Virus record (IMG/VR): IMGVR_UViG_3300032287_001571
Strand: one strand, 5' to 3'
Source of the DNA: an uncultured virus (IMG/VR IMGVR_UViG_3300032287_001571)
Taxonomy: Duplodnaviria; Heunggongvirae; Uroviricota; Caudoviricetes
DNA: 29,220 nt
Shown one piece after another: positions 26,532-29,220 of the stretch. The notes beneath the pieces were generated by a model that did not search any database, was not told the origin of the DNA, and saw only the letters and a program-made list of their open reading frames with translations. The position numbers and the translations under genes are program-made. Within the stretch, counting starts at the first letter, position 1. The number at the start of each line of letters is the position of its first letter.

Positions 26532-27035
26532 ATGACAAGCAAATTAGGAGGCCCGTTCCTACCGTTCCCTCGGTGGGCACTGAAGTCGCTGGTGGGGGAT
26601 TCAACCGCCAAGGCGGTGCTGTTGCAGTTGTTGGTATTCATGGACCCCGATTCTCAGGTGACCACGACCTCGTATGAGTATGTGGCGGAGCAGGTGGGAG
26701 TGGACCGCCGAACGGTGATGAGGGCGGTCAAGAGACTGGAATCCATAGGGGTGCTAGTCAAGAAGAACCGCAGGGGAGTAGGTAGGGAAAACAACCTTTC
26801 TAACCTATACCGCATCCGCTTTGACAACCCAGAGGTGTTTGAGGTGGTGTCACCCGTGACACTAGGTGGTGACACCAGTGTCACTAGGGGTGGTGACACC
26901 CATGACACTAGGGTGGTGTCACCCGTGTCACCCAAACAAGAAGGATATAACAAGAAGGATAAGAACAAGAAGAACCGTACCAAGAGGGAAAATCAGGACT
27001 TCGGGGATGTGGAAGTAGATGAGAGGCTCAAGTGA
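26532..27035 (+). CDS. Replication initiator with N-terminal winged HTH
   Basis: SYEYVAEQVGVDRRTVMRAVKRLESIGVL...SNLYRI; GGAG RBS before ATG 26532; internal repeats; upstream of dnaC/dnaB-like genes. Confidence 0.8.
   Translation: MTSKLGGPFLPFPRWALKSLVGDSTAKAVLLQLLVFMDPDSQVTTTSYEYVAEQVGVDRRTVMRAVKRLESIGVLVKKNRRGVGRENNLSNLYRIRFDNPEVFEVVSPVTLGGDTSVTRGGDTHDTRVVSPVSPKQEGYNKKDKNKKNRTKRENQDFGDVEVDERLK
26843..26975. repeat. Iteron array, putative phage replication origin
   Basis: Four units GGTGGTGWCACCMRTGWCAC starting at 26843, 26865, 26889 and 26912, followed by an A-rich purine tract. Confidence 0.75.
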
Positions 27036-27418
27036 AGAAGCCCGTTGATGACTGGGGCACACCACTCGGTGCGGACCCCGAGGCAGAACCTCCCACGGTC
27101 AAGAAGGGAGACAGCCTCGTGGCTCTGGTGGATTACTTCCGCTCGCTGTTGCCGACAGACGCATGGGGTCGTATCAACTCCCCCGTCAATGCGCCAGCGC
27201 TGATGGCTGGCCTGAAGAGATTGCGGGAGGCGGGACACACGCCCGAACAAATCCGTGGCATGATGGTGTCCTTCATTGCGAACATAAAGCGCACACCTCT
27301 GCCAGTTGGTGTTGCACCATGGAGAGGGTTCCTTGCTAATCTAGACTCCCTCGCAAACAGCGTCGTTACACAGGAGGCCGACTATGACGACATTGAACTT
27401 GACGGACGACTCCGATGA
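27032..27418 (+). CDS. Hypothetical replication-module protein
   Basis: 128 aa; coupled by 4-nt overlaps on both sides. Confidence 0.7.
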   Translation: MKKPVDDWGTPLGADPEAEPPTVKKGDSLVALVDYFRSLLPTDAWGRINSPVNAPALMAGLKRLREAGHTPEQIRGMMVSFIANIKRTPLPVGVAPWRGFLANLDSLANSVVTQEADYDDIELDGRLR

Positions 27419-28071
27419 ATGAACTGCGTAGCCAACGGTACTGGCGCAACAGGGAGCCAGACGAGAGGGTGCGTAACACCCTCATCCCGAAGCGCTTCCG
27501 CAAGGAAACACTGGACACCTATGACGCCAAGGGTCCCGATGCTGTCACCATGGTGCACATCAACAACTGGGTTGAGTCTGCTCATGACCGTGTCACGCAG
27601 GGAGAGGGTCTGTTCATCTGCGGTGCCACTGGTTCTGGCAAGACGCATCTTGCGCAGGCCATTCTCAAGCGTGTCGTCCACAACTGGACTCTCAGCGGGA
27701 TGTTCATCACCGCAGACAAGTACATCCAACTTGCCTACAACGAAATCAAGTTCGGCGACGACCTGCCAGAGGGGTACGAAGACCCCAACCTGATGAAGTA
27801 CATGCAGGAGACCTACGACCTGTTGGTGCTGGATTCTCTCGGTAGCGAGAGGCCCACTGAGTTCACGAAGAAGACCATCATCTCCTTGATTGAGTCCCGC
27901 TACCACAACCAGTTGGCCACGATTATCACGAGCACATTGAAGCCACAGCAACTGGCTGACATGTACAGCGTGTCGTTGATGTCCATCATTCGTGACTCGT
28001 GTCTGACCATCCCACTGAAGAACTCGGACTACCGCATCTCAAAGTGGTTGGACCAGAATGCTGGGCAATGA
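27415..28071 (+). CDS. DnaC/IstB-like AAA+ helicase loader
   Basis: IPKRF, Walker A GATGSGKTHLA, Walker B LLVLDSLGSE, RY...TIITS. Confidence 0.88.
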   Translation: MNELRSQRYWRNREPDERVRNTLIPKRFRKETLDTYDAKGPDAVTMVHINNWVESAHDRVTQGEGLFICGATGSGKTHLAQAILKRVVHNWTLSGMFITADKYIQLAYNEIKFGDDLPEGYEDPNLMKYMQETYDLLVLDSLGSERPTEFTKKTIISLIESRYHNQLATIITSTLKPQQLADMYSVSLMSIIRDSCLTIPLKNSDYRISKWLDQNAGQ

Positions 28072-28498
28072 CATCGCATCGTTCTCACCCACGGCACAGG
28101 GCGTGGTGTTTGACAACCTGTTGGCTTCCCCCCCGTCTGGCGCCAAGTCGGTGCTGGAGAATCTCCACAGGAGAAGGAACAACTGGGACTCGTCGCTCTC
28201 GCTGTGGGAACCACACGACCTTCCGCTGAAAGTGTTATCTGATTGCGTCAACAGGCTTGGGCTCGGGACTGATGTGTACACATTCCTTCATCCAGATGCT
28301 GTTGATGCCATAGACAAATGGCTCGTGCGCAAAGGTATCTCCACACCCGTGTACTACTACGAGTCACCAGAGATGTTGGAGTACGACTTGCGCTTCCAGC
28401 GTGCCGTCCGTATCATCTACACCTCTGACCAAGAGGTGGCAAAGATTCTTGGTCCACGGGCAACCGTAACTCCGACAGACAGGGCATGGACACCATAG
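28058..28498 (+). CDS. Hypothetical protein (possibly degenerate HAD fold)
   Basis: 146 aa between the loader and helicase; VVFDNLL resembles a decayed HAD motif I. Confidence 0.6.
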   Translation: MLGNDIASFSPTAQGVVFDNLLASPPSGAKSVLENLHRRRNNWDSSLSLWEPHDLPLKVLSDCVNRLGLGTDVYTFLHPDAVDAIDKWLVRKGISTPVYYYESPEMLEYDLRFQRAVRIIYTSDQEVAKILGPRATVTPTDRAWTP

Positions 28499-29220
28499 AT
28501 GGCAAGCACAGAGCATCTACTCATCAGCAAGGTTGTCCAGACTGGGTCTGTTCAGGAGGTCACCAACGCTGGTCTCCGTCCGTACCACTTTGACTCCAAG
28601 TTCGCCGAGGTCTACTCGTGGATTCTGGACTACTGGCGTGAGTACAGCGCCACTCCGACACCACGGGTGGTCAAGCAACAGTTCGGTGACCTGACTCTGC
28701 TCAATGCCGAGGCGGAGCCTTTTGCACGGTTGATTGATGAGGTGTACGAGGCGTACAAGAGGAAGTACCTCATCCTCTCTGTCGCCGCCGCTACTCCCGA
28801 ACTGAACAAGAACAACACCGACGAGGCGATGCGCCTGCTGTCGGAGGGATTACAGAAAGCCTCACTTGAGGTCGCCCACCTCCGTGATGTTGACATCATC
28901 CAGAACTGGGAGAACCGCATTGAGCGCTACAAGGAGATGCGGGACACCCCCAACTTCCTCCGTGGCATACCCACTGGGTTCAACGGCCTTGACCGCATCA
29001 CCGCTGGGTTCAGGCCACAGCAGTTGGTCACCTTCGTCGGTGAGGCAAAGAAGGGTAAGTCGCTCATGACACTCATCATGGCAAATGCGGCTCACGCCCA
29101 CGGAATCACGCCGATGTACATCTCGTTTGAGATGAGCATTGAGGAGCAGGAGGCACGCTACGACGCCATCGTCGCAGGTGTGTCCCACAACAAAATCATC
29201 CGTGGTGACTTGACACTGGG
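28499..29220 (+). CDS. dnaB: DnaB-like replicative helicase, 3' truncated
   Basis: MASTEHLLISKVVQ...; GIPTGFNGLDRITAGFRPQQLVTFVGEAKKGKS (Walker A), YISFEMS; open to the window end. Confidence 0.88.
   Translation, partial: MASTEHLLISKVVQTGSVQEVTNAGLRPYHFDSKFAEVYSWILDYWREYSATPTPRVVKQQFGDLTLLNAEAEPFARLIDEVYEAYKRKYLILSVAAATPELNKNNTDEAMRLLSEGLQKASLEVAHLRDVDIIQNWENRIERYKEMRDTPNFLRGIPTGFNGLDRITAGFRPQQLVTFVGEAKKGKSLMTLIMANAAHAHGITPMYISFEMSIEEQEARYDAIVAGVSHNKIIRGDLTL

Noticed and set aside
25911..26535. Long + strand ORFs (183 aa, and a hydrophobic 205 aa) resembling membrane proteins
   Set aside because: They are antisense shadows of Lys-rich - strand genes (AAG reads as CTT, Leu); the - strand ORFs have recognisable motifs and coupled junctions
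26843..26933. Repeat array as a mini-CRISPR
   Set aside because: Units are contiguous with no unique spacers, lie inside a CDS, and no cas genes are present; iterons fit better
1..29220. Stop-codon reassignment, introns or inteins
   Set aside because: Genes are full length under the standard code with all three stops used; no intein or intron signature in portal, capsid or the visible part of DnaB

Overview
This window is part of a tailed dsDNA phage genome with a contractile tail (myovirus). An actinobacterial host is inferred from moderately high GC, -10 boxes immediately upstream of start codons and the gene content; it is not shown directly. It has three blocks. (1) A + strand morphogenesis region (1-23566): partial phosphoesterase, HslV/proteasome-beta-like protease, portal, scaffold, N4-gp56-type major capsid protein, fibre with S74 chaperone, neck genes, sheath, T4-gp19-like tube, tail chaperone with a startless +1-frame extension, tape measure carrying an M15 peptidase, LysM protein, hub, gp25 and baseplate wedge genes. 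(2) A tightly coupled - strand operon (23559-26366) of small Lys-rich proteins, two membrane proteins, two toxin-fold enzymes (Arr-like ADP-ribosyltransferase and a Cys-His-Asp papain/transglutaminase-like protein) sharing an identical N-terminal leader MSASDHI, and a Dps. (3) A + strand replication block (26532-29220): HTH initiator with internal iterons, DnaC-like loader and partial DnaB. The best candidate for a new system is the shared-leader enzyme cassette pair. All family assignments come from motif recognition by eye, not database searches.
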